54,746 nucleotides of DNA from Octopus bimaculoides (Eukaryota), in contig NC_068982.1 of the NCBI RefSeq assembly GCF_001194135.2, positions 28,036,047 to 28,090,792 of the forward strand, in the 5' to 3' direction. A model generated the notes under the pieces. That model saw only the letters and a list, made by a program, of their open reading frames with translations, was not told the DNA's origin and ran no database searches. Below are positions 26,871 through 38,631 of the stretch, piece after piece. A program made the translations under genes and the position numbers. Within the stretch, counting starts at the first letter, position 1; the number at the start of each line of letters is the position of its first letter.

Positions 26871-28110
26871 TCAGGTTGAGTAAAAAGTAAGCAATGTTTT
26901 GAACCATGAAGAATTTGTACTGGACTTTTGCAGAGTTTTGAATTTTTTAAAACATGTTGTTGCAATTATCTGATAATACAGACATAAACTTTCCCAAATG
27001 CATCAATAAATTAACACTGCTATTTTTTTCACCATTGTTACAATCATCTGAAATGGAACTGTCAAAGTGTGATATTCAAGCAATTTTGCTATTTGACTTC
27101 AAAAAAGGACGTAAAGCAACTGAAACTGCTTGCAATATCAACAAAACATTTGATGAGGAAATGACCAGTGAGTGGTCAGCTTGAAAATGGCTTAAATGAT
27201 TTCACAGTGGAGACCTGAGCCTTGAAGATCATGAGCATAGTAAATGCCCATCTGTCATCAATGATGGTCAATTAAAGACTGTCATTGAGAAAGAGCCACA
27301 TAAGACCACTCAAGAACTGGCAAAAGAAAACTGCCTGCAACCACTTGCATGTGATCAGAAAATCAAAAAAGGACAACAAATGGGTACCACATGATTTGAA
27401 TGAAAATCAAAAAATGAGCAGATATGAAATTTGCTTGTCGCTTCTTTTCTGTCACCAGACTGATCCATTTCTTGACCATATTGTAACTTACAATGAAAGG
27501 TGGATTCTGTACAATAATAAAAAAAATGCTCTTCACAGTGACTGGACCAAAATGAAGCACCGAGCTCTTCAAAAAGAAGGTTATGGTAACTGTTTGGTGG
27601 TGTACTGCTGGACTCATCCACAATAACTTCTTAAAACCTGGAAAAACCATTATTGCAGAAACATATTACCATGAAATTGCTAAAATGAACGAAAAACTGA
27701 TACTCCTCCATTCCAGACTGGTCAACAGGGCCAATCATTTTTCATGACAATGCTTGACCACACATTTCACTAATGATGCTCCAGAAGTTGAGGGAACTTA
27801 GCTACGAAGTTCTTCCCCACCCAGCTTATTTCCCAGACCTTTCTCTTACTGATTACCATCTTTTCAAGCACCTTGATGGTTTCCTGTGAGAGAAGGAGTT
27901 CAAAAATCAAACCAATGCTGAAAATGCATTCCAATAGTTCATCAGTTCCAGAACTCCAGATTTTTATGTTACCAGAATAAACAAACTTGTAATTCATTGG
28001 CAAAATAGTGTTGATTGTAATGGTACTTACTTTGATGAATAAAATTTCCGCATTGTTGAAATATATTGTGATGAATTTCATGTTTCAAAACGTTGCTTTA
28101 CTCAGCCTGA
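26871..28110 (+). mobile_element. Full-length (1240 bp) mariner DNA transposon, Hsmar1-like, inactive
   Basis: Left TIR tcaggttgagtaaaaagtaagcaatgttttgaacc; right end reverse-complements to tcaggctgagtaaagcaacgttttgaaac. TA duplication at 26869-26870 and 28111-28112. Confidence 0.95.
27053..28042 (+). pseudogene. Mariner transposase pseudogene with stops and frameshifts
   Basis: Starts MELSKCDIQAILLFDFKKG. Contains WVPHDL (WVPHEL motif), IVTYNERWILY (TGDEKW-like) and a PAYFPDL..DYHLFKHL segment (YSPDL-like). Ends WQNSVDCNGTYFDE*, with an in-frame stop at about 27182. Confidence 0.93.
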
Positions 28111-29233
28111 TACTTCAAAGAACATTACATATTAATTCTAAGAACACTTTGAAATATTTCTTTTTATAAAATATAGTTAAATTTTTATAAAACGTGTTTA
28201 GAATAAAATATATAAAAAATATATTTTAAGCAATAAATGTCCCTTTTTTAATTTTTAAAGTATTCTAATTTTGAAATATTACAAAAAATTTTATGGAGGT
28301 CCATTCAATCAAATTTACAGATTAAATTTTTTTATATTACCATCTCTTAAAATTTTAGAAGTTTCAAACTCAGGAAGACAAACTTAAGTGAATCAGACCA
28401 GAAGCAAGTTTGTTGTGTTGATTGGCTGTTTTTAGAATTAGTGATAGCTATTGTTTAAACATAGGGCGTGACTAGTTGTTGAATGATTGAGTGGCCTGCT
28501 GTCAACTTGTTGATGGTGGGCTGATGTTTTAATCAACATACTAGCTGACAGGAATTTGTTTACTTGTTGGTTGTCTTCACTATTAACTTGAATTGTACTG
28601 ACTGAGACACTTTACTAAGTATGTCAAAATGCTTGTAGGTATGTGCATAGGCTTTATGAGGGAGTTGTTTCTGCTGGTTTTTCAGACCAAGATTTACAGC
28701 CAAAAAAGAAGGTAAAATGACGACTTGAGGAACGACTTAAAGAACTGAATGTTCCATGTGAAATGCAACAGGATTTGGAAAGATAGTGACGATATTTGAA
28801 TGTTTACGCCATATGCTTACACTATATACTGTGTTGATATTTGATTGCTGAATAATGGATGGTTATTTGAAGTGTTCAATGAATAGTAAAAACGGATGTA
28901 TTTAGGAAAATGGCAGAAGAAAAATTTTGAGTAAGAATTATTATAAGTAGCTGAAGCAGAATCCATTAACTTCTGCATATATTTTTGCATTATATTCTTC
29001 CTGGTATGTAAGAAATATTTTAAGAGCACCTGCGCTGGTGCCATGTATAAAGCATCTGTAATGGTGTCACATAGAAAAGCATTCAGTACACTCTGTAGAG
29101 TGGATGGTGTTAGGAAAGGCATTCGGCCATAGAAACCATGCCAAAATTGACAATTGGAACCCGGTGCAGCTCTCTGGTTTGCCAGCTCCTGTCAAACCAC
29201 CCAACCCATACCAGCATGGAAAACAGATGTTAA

Positions 29234-29266
<33 letters not shown>

Positions 29267-30268
29267 TCTGATTGACTAAAATGCAAGAGATAGAGGGAAT
29301 TATATGTAAGTGTAGATATCGCATATCAAAAAGAACTTGGACTGTAGAATACCTGCACAGGTGAGTGCTTGATGAAGCGTCAAAATGGAAATTTTGTCAA
29401 TTTATCTAGAAATTTTATGATGTCTATTTCAGGAATGGCTGTGAAATATTTGAGAGATGTATTATTTATGAGAGCATATTTAGTTCAGTAGTAAACTATT
29501 ATTGATTAGGCAATATTGTGCTATAATGATAGTGTCACAGCTGGTTCTTTTATTGATCCAAGATAGAAGCTATAATTGTTGGCTAACTTCATGGAAAATA
29601 GGTAAAACTTTTAAAAGTAACCTAACATACTGGCCTAACAGTTCCCTTTCATAATATGATTTTTTATGCACTAGCCCTTAGTGTTTAATATTCCTAGCAT
29701 TTGCTGTGAGCAGCCGTTTTGGATACCTAGCTTTTCCTAAACATGTCTCTATGAAGAAGCTTAGGTCGCAGATATGTGGTTTCAAGTTCACTCCTATTAC
29801 ACACAATACCTGCAAGCATCTGATACCATAGCCTTTTAAATGAAATTTTGTTGATAGAAACAGCTTGAAACCTAATACATATATAATGTTTGTATATATT
29901 ATATAATATATATAATATAAAAATGTGTGTGTGTCTTTATGTGTTCCTATAGGGTCTGACTGTGACAGCAACTGACCACAACTAATGACGGAGGGCTATA
30001 AAGAAAGGAATAAAAGTTGCAGCATTAAATTAGGTGAAACTAAGAGGAAGAGAGAAAATGTTAAGATCTACTATGCTGGAACTGCCAATAATATTCTGCA
30101 ATATCTGCACTCATAGCAGTACCAACACCATTGGTCTAACAGTTTCATAAAAGTGTGAAATATCATTGAAGTTTCTTCATTATGTTTAAAAACAAAGCAA
30201 AAATTCCTCTTCAACTACCAAATCATACTTGATTGCATGTGATAGGAGAGGGAGAGAGAGAGAGATTA

Positions 30269-30305
<37 letters not shown>

Positions 30306-33300
30306 CACAGTGATGGTTGGTTAAGAAGTTTGCTTCCCATCTATATGGCCTCAAGTTCAGTCCGACTACCTGGCATAGGACTTTTCTATTTTTCACTGTA
30401 CTATTATTTAGCTACATTAACTCATCATCATCGTCCTTGTTTTAATGTCCATTTTTCCATATTTGAAAGAGTCAGATGGAATTTGTTAAGGTAGTTTTTT
30501 TTTTGCAGCTCAATGTCTTTCATGTTACTACTCTTCACCTGCCTGCAAGAAAGGTAATATTTCCATATGACCTGAGAAGTTTTTCAGGGAAGATGGAATC
30601 AAACATCACTTGTATGATGATAATGCATATTTACAGTCATGATGTCAAGACAAGGTTACACACAAACATATACACATTTATATATATAAAACACCTATTA
30701 CACTCTAGGAGTGGTTGGCGTTAGGAAGGGCTACAGCTGTAGAAACCATGCCAAATCAGACTGGAACTTGGTGCAGCTCTCTGGTTCATCAGCTCCAGTC
30801 AAACTGTCTAACCCATGCCAGCATGGAGAGTGGACGTTAAATGGTGATGATAATGATATATGTACACACACACACATGATGGGCTTATTTTCAGTTTCCA
30901 TCTACCAAACCCACTTAGAAGGCTTTGTTTGGCCTGGGGTTATAGAAGACATTTGCCCAAGGTTCTATGCTGTGGGACTGAACCCATGAGCATTCTGTTG
31001 GGAAGCAAGCTTCTCAACCACACAGCCACTCCTGCACCTAAGTATCATCATCATCATTGTTTAACATACGTCTTCCATGCCTAGCATGGGTGGGACGGTT
31101 CCACAAGAGCTGGCCAGGCCAAAGCCTGCACCAGACTTCTGTGACTGATTTGGCAAGACTTTTACAGCTGGATGCTCTTCCTAACACCAACCACTCAGCA
31201 GAGTGGACTAAGTGCTTTTTACATGGCACCAGCACAAGCAAGGTCAGTTTTGGCAAGGATTTTACAGCTGGATGCCTTACCGAACACCAACCACTTTACA
31301 GTGTGGACTGGGTGCTTTTAAGTGGCTTCTGCACTGACAGGGTCACCAAGTACTTGCAAGACAAAAAAAAACCTTTTGAAAGGGGAGGAGGTGATGCTTT
31401 ATTTACTTATTTTATCCCTTTCACCACCTGACTTTAGTGGATTTTCTTCATTGTTTAATGGTTGTAACAAATAATAGCGTAGGAACAGCTATTGTACGAG
31501 TCTCTTTGTATGTATCTGCCCACACTTCCCTCTCATTGTAACTTGGTGACTAATTGAATAGTAAATGCTTTCATTCTTTCTTATATTTTTGTGAGAAACC
31601 ACAACTCTCTAAGAACCAAAGATACCTCTATGTGGTTGCTCAACTTGCAAGAAATAGCAGCAAAATCTATCTCAAATCAGAATCTACTATCTTGGGGAAT
31701 GGAAAGAAATAGTGGATTACAAAACCCAATAATATGCTGTATCTGAAAGAAAGACAGAATGGTCAGAGCTGAAATATTTTACATAATATGTCTGCTTGGT
31801 AAGAGCTGACCTGGGTTTAGATAACAGTCACTTCTCTCCTGACTAGGAGAATAGATTTGTATAATTTGGTGAGGACATATTGAAGGCAACACATCATCAT
31901 CATCATTTAAATTTCACCTTTTCATGCTGGCATGGATCAGACTGAATTTGTCAAGACAGATTTTCTGTTTCAACAATTCAGATTTTTCTAGTCAGATACC
32001 CTTCCAGTTGCCAACCCTCACCTATTTCCAAGTAAGGTAATGTTTTCCCATAGCAGGAGATGTTTATCATGGGAAGACTGGAAATAAACAACCCTGCTTG
32101 TACGATAGTGACACTCCCTTACAACAATCACATGTCTAGACAATGATACATACACACACAATGGGCTTCTTTCAGTTTCTGTCTACCAAATCCACTTGGA
32201 AGGCTTTGGTTGGCCTGGTTCTATAGTAGAAGACACTTGCTCAAGGTGCTATGCAGAGGGACTGAATCTAAGACTAACTTGGTTGAGAAGCAAACTTCTT
32301 AATCACAAAGCACATTTGCACTTAATTATTATTCTGCAAAGAAAATAGGAATGCATATGAAGAAGAAAAAGCTCTTAGCCTGGTGAGGTCAACTTTTTGG
32401 ATGAATGTTCCATTACAAACACAACTCAATGAAGTATCTTTTGTTTCAGTCATTAGACTGCAGCCATGCTGCTAGGGCATTGCATTGAAGGGTTTAGTTG
32501 AACAAATTGACCTCAGTACTTATTTTGCCAGTCACTTTTGCTGAACCACTAAGTTACAGGGACGTAAACAAAGCAACACTCATTAAGAGGTGGAGGAGAA
32601 ATGCAAGCATGAAGACATACACACATATATATATATATGACTGTTTTACAGTTTCTGGCTACCAAATTCATTCACAAAGCTTTTGTCAGCCTGGAGTTAT
32701 AGTTGAAGACATCTGCCCAAAGTGCCATGCAGTGGGACTGAACCTGAAACTACATGGCTGCAAAGTGAGCTTCTTAACTACACAGTCTGTCTGACTGTAA
32801 AAAAATGTACTGAAAAATTGGTCAGTTTAATGCTGTATTTCAATACTGCAAAGGGACTAAAGAAATATATCAAAGTCTATTTTAGTGATAGTTATTTAAA
32901 CATTTTATAGAATCTCTGGAAAAAACAAAAAAAAAAAAAAAGGAAATATTTTAGAATTTGTTTTCAAGAAAAATAACATATATACTTTATTTCCTTATTC
33001 GAGAAGAGACATAATTATTTTCAGACCTTTCATCAGACCTGATCTAAAGCTAAACCACTATCTACCATCCTAAACCAATTCATAAACTATATTTCATTTT
33101 CTATGTTATGGGTTATTTAGAATGTGATTTATGGCACTTGAACAGTATTAAGTCTGATACATACAAATTTCAAATCTATCAACATAACATGGACCTGAAT
33201 CCTGAGTCTCAAATTTCTTAGAAAATATTTGAGGAATTTGCTTTAAAATTTTTATCAAGAATGCTTGCCAGAATACATCAAAGAATTAACAAGATGTGCT

Positions 33301-33375
33301 ATAAAAATATTGCCTGAATTTTCTTGGTTTCCTGAAACTTTTGTCTTAACTCTTTCAAACTTTTAGAGAAATAAT

Positions 33376-33545
33376 TTAATCCATTAGAATTTAAACCAGC
33401 CCAAATTTTCTACCTGTTTTATGTTACAAAAAGCCATATCTGGCCTCTCGTAACTAGCCTACAATAACTTTCTGAGAATAAACATTTACATCATTGAAAT
33501 GTTGAAGCTACAAGATAATACATGAGTGGTTAAGCATTATTTATT
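33376..33545 (+). mobile_element. Degenerate partial copy of the TTAA MITE family
   Basis: ttaatccattagaatttaaaccagcc...ctacctgttttatgtt...aagctacaagataatacatg matches the family body. Boundaries are approximate. Confidence 0.5.
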
Positions 33546-35336
33546 GTTTAAAAATATTAAAACTGATCAAAATTCTTTTGATTGCTTTTATACATATCAA
33601 TGGTAGACACATATTATACAGAATAATATATCATTTTTTTCTTGACATTTTAGTTGCCAGTCATATTATGCCTTTGGCTTTGCTTCTGAAACCATGACCA
33701 TGATAGTAAACTATGAATTACTCATGTGTTAGGGATGGTCTATACTCACTAAACTGCGTTTTTCAGGCATACAAGTTGAATTTTTCAAACCAAAATTTAT
33801 AGTGTTAAAAAAAAAAAAAGGTAGGTTGATTTATACACTAGGACAACTTTAGTGGACTAAACACTCCATGTGAAATGCCACAAGATTTGGAAAGAGAATG
33901 ATGCTTGAATATTTACCCTTCAGGTCCACTATGGTGGCATACAGCAATAAATTTTAGTTGTCTGTTAATTCTCTTTATGTCTATGTTGTGTTCACATTGT
34001 TGTGTGATTATAATTGTAACTAAAGGAAAATATGCCATTCAACAATAGGCACAATGCCTGAAATTTTGGGTGAAGGGTCTAGTCGATTACACAGACCCCA
34101 GTTCATGAGTGGTACTTATTTCAAAACCCCAAGAGGATGAAAGCAAAGTTGACTCTGGTGGCATTTGAAAAAAGCCAGAAGAAATGCCACAAAACATTTG
34201 GTCCAGCACGGTAATGATTCTGCCAGCTCACCACCCTAATAATGGCAAATTTTGTTTTCAAATTTTAGCACAAGACTAGCAATTTTAGAGGAAGGATATG
34301 TCAATTACACTGACCCCAGTCTACAACTGGTACTTATTTTATTGACCCCCAAAAGGATGAAAGGCAAAGTCGACCTCAGTGGAATAATAAAAGCAAATAT
34401 TAAAAATAAAATTTGAAAAGGGGTCCAGTCATACAATGAATAGAGGCTTAAACATTGATGGTTTGACTGAAAAATCTATCTTGACTTATATATAATGTTA
34501 AAAATGTAAACATAGTATATAATTTGTAACATTTGATGTGACAATTTTTTTTTCACTCTTTGCAATTGTTGTTGTCTTTAGTTCATTAATTATTATTAAT
34601 GTAGCACAAAAACATTTTAAACTCAACAAATTATTAAAGTGGTGTCATACTTTTTAAGTATTTTTTCCCTTTCAGCCATAAAAATAATTTCCAGGAAAAT
34701 ACACAACATTATATTTTAGAAAATCAATGAAATATTTTATTATTGTAAGGTTCGAATGAAAAAAAAAAAAAAAAANNNNNNNNNNAAAAAAAAAAAAAAA
34801 AAAGAAAAACTGACAAATATGTATTGAATATTTCTAAAATTAGAAACAATTTAATGTCACAAAATTACCTGTTTACAGATGATTTTCAACATTCTCTTTT
34901 TGAGTGTGTTTGGAATTGTTCTTGTTAATGTAATTACAAGACTTTAAAATTAACAAATGAATGAAAAATAATGCAGGTTTATTTTTCTGTGCATTTTGGT
35001 TCAAAGTTTTATTCCAAACCATACAAAATAGATGGTAAGTATGAGAAATACAATATTCATTTCAAATTTCGGCACAAGGCCAGCAATTTTGGGGGTGGGG
35101 ATAAGTCAATTATATCGACCCTAGTGTTCAGTTGGTATTTAATCTATCGACCCTGAAAAGATGAAAGGCAAAGTTGACCTCAGCAGAAACTGAGCTCAGA
35201 AAGTAAAGACAGACGAAATGCCACTAAGCGTTTTGCTTGGTGTGACAACGATTCTGCTAGCTCGCTGCCTAAGATTTTTTAACATATTGCATTTTTTAAA
35301 TGAGGAAAGTCTATCATTTGTATTTATTTAATTGTT

Positions 35337-35441
35337 TTACTGATCTTTAAGTTTGATAAATCCAGATGTACTTGAAAAGTACTTTTGATTGGCTTCCATC
35401 ATCTTCTTCTCTGCTGCTTGTGGATTTACTATTTCCAAGCC
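35337..35441 (-). CDS. PRPF31: PRPF31 terminal coding exon (105 nt), GLEIVNPQAAEKKMMEANQKYFSSTSGFIKLKDQ*
   Basis: tttgttag| acceptor, GLEIVNPQAAEKK motif and TAA stop at 35339-35337. Confidence 0.97.
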   Translation of the reverse strand, partial: GLEIVNPQAAEKKMMEANQKYFSSTSGFIKLKDQ

Positions 35442-36212
35442 CTAACAAAGAGAGAAATAAAATGTTTAGAAAAACAGGCAAAACAATAATTTGGATACAA
35501 AGAAAAAAGATAATGATTTTATAAATTAAACAAAGCAGTACTTGAGAAGACTTGCCCACCACAACAAAACTGAGATCCTAAAACTAAGGTGCCACATAAA
35601 AAGCATTGGTTGTGGGTGCTGGCACTATGTAAAAGGCACTGGTGCCACATAAAAAACACCCAGTGTACTCTGTCAAGTGGTTGGCATTAGGAAGGGGATC
35701 TGGCCATAGAAACCAAGCCAAAAATACATTATGGAACCTGTTGTGGCCTCTGGCCTTACCAGTTCCTGTCAAGCCATCCAACCCATGCCAGCATGGAAAA
35801 TGGACGTTAAATGCTGCTGATGATGAAACAACAAAAATTATGGAAGTGTAGAAATTGAAAGTTGTGGTTTTCAATCTTCTTAAACATACATTAGTCCAGG
35901 AAGTGAACAATTCTGACAATGAAGTGAAGTTGGGCTTCAAGTTGTTCTTATTCCAATTCTATTTGCTTGTCCATTCATTTAATGTCTGTTTTTCCATGCT
36001 AGCATGAGTTGCATGGGTATTTGTTTGTGATAGGATTTCATGAAGGGATGCAATTTCTATAGTCAACCTTTTCCTGCTTTTATTCCACTGGTCTTTGAAA
36101 GCAGAGCTGACTGGTCATAATTTCAAAAAGCAATGTAAATATTATAACACTGTGTTGCTGAGATGGTGACAAGCAAAGCTGTTAAATGTCAACATTTGTA
36201 TGTGCACTTACA

Positions 36213-36470
36213 TCATCATCATCATCATCATCGTCGTTTAACGTCCGCTTTCCATGCTAGCATGGGTTGGACGATTTGACTGAGGACTGGTGGACCAGGA
36301 GGCGACACCAGGCTCCAATCTGATTTGGCAGAGTTTCTACAGCTGGACGCCCTTCCTAACGCCAACCACTCCGAGAGTGTAGTGGGTGCTTTTACGTGCC
36401 ACCGGCATGAGGGCCAGTCAGGCGGTACTGGCGATGACCACACTCAAAATGGTGTATTTTACGTGCCACA
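36213..36470 (-). mobile_element. SINE family C with (GAT)n tail, seen as catcatcat-gtttaacgtccgctttccatgc on the plus strand
   Basis: Near-identical bodies at about 37830-37950 and 46995-47270. Related copies lie at about 7620, 22060, 29000-29265, 30715-30855, 31045, 35585-35825, 42115 and 49745. Confidence 0.8.
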
Positions 36471-37356
36471 CACATATTTATATACACATGACAGTCTGCC
36501 ATATAGTTTACATCCTTTAACTACACTCAGAGGCAGTGGTCAGCTCAAGGCTGTAGAAGTTCCACTGCATGGTACCTTCAGCAAGGCACCATGTAAGAGA
36601 CGAAAAAGAAGGGTAAAAAAAGAGAAGGGGAGTGTGAGAAAGAGAATAAAAGGGGGAAAGAAATATAAATATAAAGTGTGAATGAATGCGAGATTTAATG
36701 ACAGATCCTTATTTTAAAGGACGTGGAAAATTTGCATACTGGCTACAATTTAATATTTACCAGACTTCTTTGTATTGAATAAAAAAATAGGAGAAGAAAC
36801 ACTAAAACAGCTGAAACTCTTTCAATTGGCTAAACTTTGTACAACTAAAAAACAGAGCAATTATGTTATTTTATTACAGTAGTGAGGAATTCTAACTCTT
36901 CATGGATAATCAATAAAAAGAGAACAAAAAAAAAAAAAGCAACTCAGCAGCTGTATATTTCTAAATAGACAATTTACAACTAGTCAGTATATGGCATTGT
37001 TTGGATATGACATTGAATGTGACCTGGCCACATTCATTCACACACATAATCAGAACCAAAAGACAGACCAGTTCAGCAAATGGTAGGAAGAAGAAAATGA
37101 AGGGAAATGAGTCAGACAATTAGAATTAAATCGTTAGTTTACAACATCAAATTTCTCAATATCTACACAATTGCTTTACTGAAAAGGTGACAAGTACAGA
37201 TTCTATGCATCCTTGTCTGCACATATGCATACATTTTCAATGTTTTAGCCGATAATTTAATCAGACTTATTCAAATAAGAGTGTACAAATACAGTCTTAT
37301 TGTGCAAGTGGATTTATGATTTAAGACCTACGTATTAGAAGAAATTATTTCAATGC

Positions 37357-37567
37357 TTTGTTGTGTCTGGAGAGAGTCACTCTCTTTTAGTGCCTTATTT
37401 AACACACTCAACAGTAAAGTTTCTACTCATTTACTTATATATTTTTCCAAAAATTTTTCATTGCATCTTGCAACCTTTTCAATAGTCGTTGATTATGGAA
37501 ACTTTACTGGTGAGTGTGTTACAAAATAAGGCACTAAAAGAGAATGACTCTCCCCAGACACAACAAA
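37357..37567. repeat. Inverted repeat with 67/70-bp arms and a 74-nt loop in the last PRPF31 intron
   Basis: 37357-37423 versus the reverse complement of 37498-37567 shows 3 mismatches and one 3-nt indel. Confidence 0.92.
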
Positions 37568-37952
37568 ATATGTTTCAACACATGAACTCACATAAAGAAT
37601 CTTGCAAACCAAATCCAAAAACGATTTCAATGAATTTTCCTCATAGTTTTATCAGTTGGACAGGTCAACAGTACATCTTCCCATATATATATATAGGTGA
37701 AAAGCGCTTTATTTAATATGTGACATTAATAAATATCTGTAAATGTACAAACATCCAGATTTCTGAGTACCTTAATTTTTTTCTATATAATTTCTGTACA
37801 TCACCTCCAAACCTTCCAANNNNNNNNNNATGCTAGCATGGGTTGGACGATTTGACTGAGGACTGGTGAACCAGGTGGCTTAACCAGGCTCCAATCTGAT
37901 TTGGCAGAGTTTCTACAGCTGGATGCCCTTCCTAATGCCAACCACTCCGAGA

Positions 37953-37999
<47 letters not shown>

Positions 38000-38246
38000 T
38001 ACACACACTCACACACCCATATGTATATTGGTTTCAAATTTTGGCAAAAGGCCAGCAATTTTAGGGAAGTAGGTAAGCTGATTACCTCAACCTCAGTGTA
38101 CTTATTTTATCAACCCTGAAAGAATGAAAGGCAAAGACAATCTTGGCAGAATTTGAACTCAGAGTGTTAAGACAGCTGAAATGCCATTAAGTATGCGTCT
38201 GGTGCACTAACAATTCTGTCAGCTTGCCATCTTCTTCATATAAATA

Positions 38247-38455
38247 AGGGGGTTCTGACAAGTTCCTGGCTTTAAGGGTGTAGCGAAAGGCCTGGTTGGA
38301 GGCCCAACCTTATGAGTTCTTTTACAGGCTTAGAAAAACTGAAGGACCACTGCAATAAATGTGTGAATCTGAGAGGGAAATATGTTGAATAAAATTGTAA
38401 TTAACTGATCCACCCATATTTTCTTTTACCCAAAGCCAGGAACTTTTCAGCCCCC
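38247..38455 (+). mobile_element. Internally deleted mariner-type element (MITE, ~210 bp) in the last PRPF31 intron
   Basis: Inverted ends gggggttctgacaagttcctggcttt and aaagccaggaacttttcagccccc. The interior keeps a transposase-like C-terminus, LEKLKDHCNKCVNLRGKYVE*. Confidence 0.75.
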
Positions 38456-38631
38456 ACCTCTGTGTCTGTGTATATATATATTTATTGGTATCTCATCTTA
38501 CCAGAAGCATCCAATTTTAGATCTAAATAATTCTTTCAATATCTTCCTCTGCTTACCTATGATTTTAATATCCAGTTTGCAACCTGAGCTCTTACACTAA
38601 TCTTTCTTTCAAGATCTGTACAACGTGTGAG

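Noticed and set aside
28395-28555. CCAAT-like (gattggct) and GC-box-like (gggcgtg) motifs suggesting a promoter
   Set aside because: Short motifs occur by chance, and there is no linked first exon.
29960-30170. Strong minus-strand polypyrimidine acceptor near 29995 and short open frames
   Set aside because: There is no convincing donor or homology, and it could not be linked to the orphan exon at 24458-24550.
37801-37950. Near-duplicate of the SINE at 36240-36370
   Set aside because: These are ordinary family C copies next to a 10-N gap, possibly with assembly influence.
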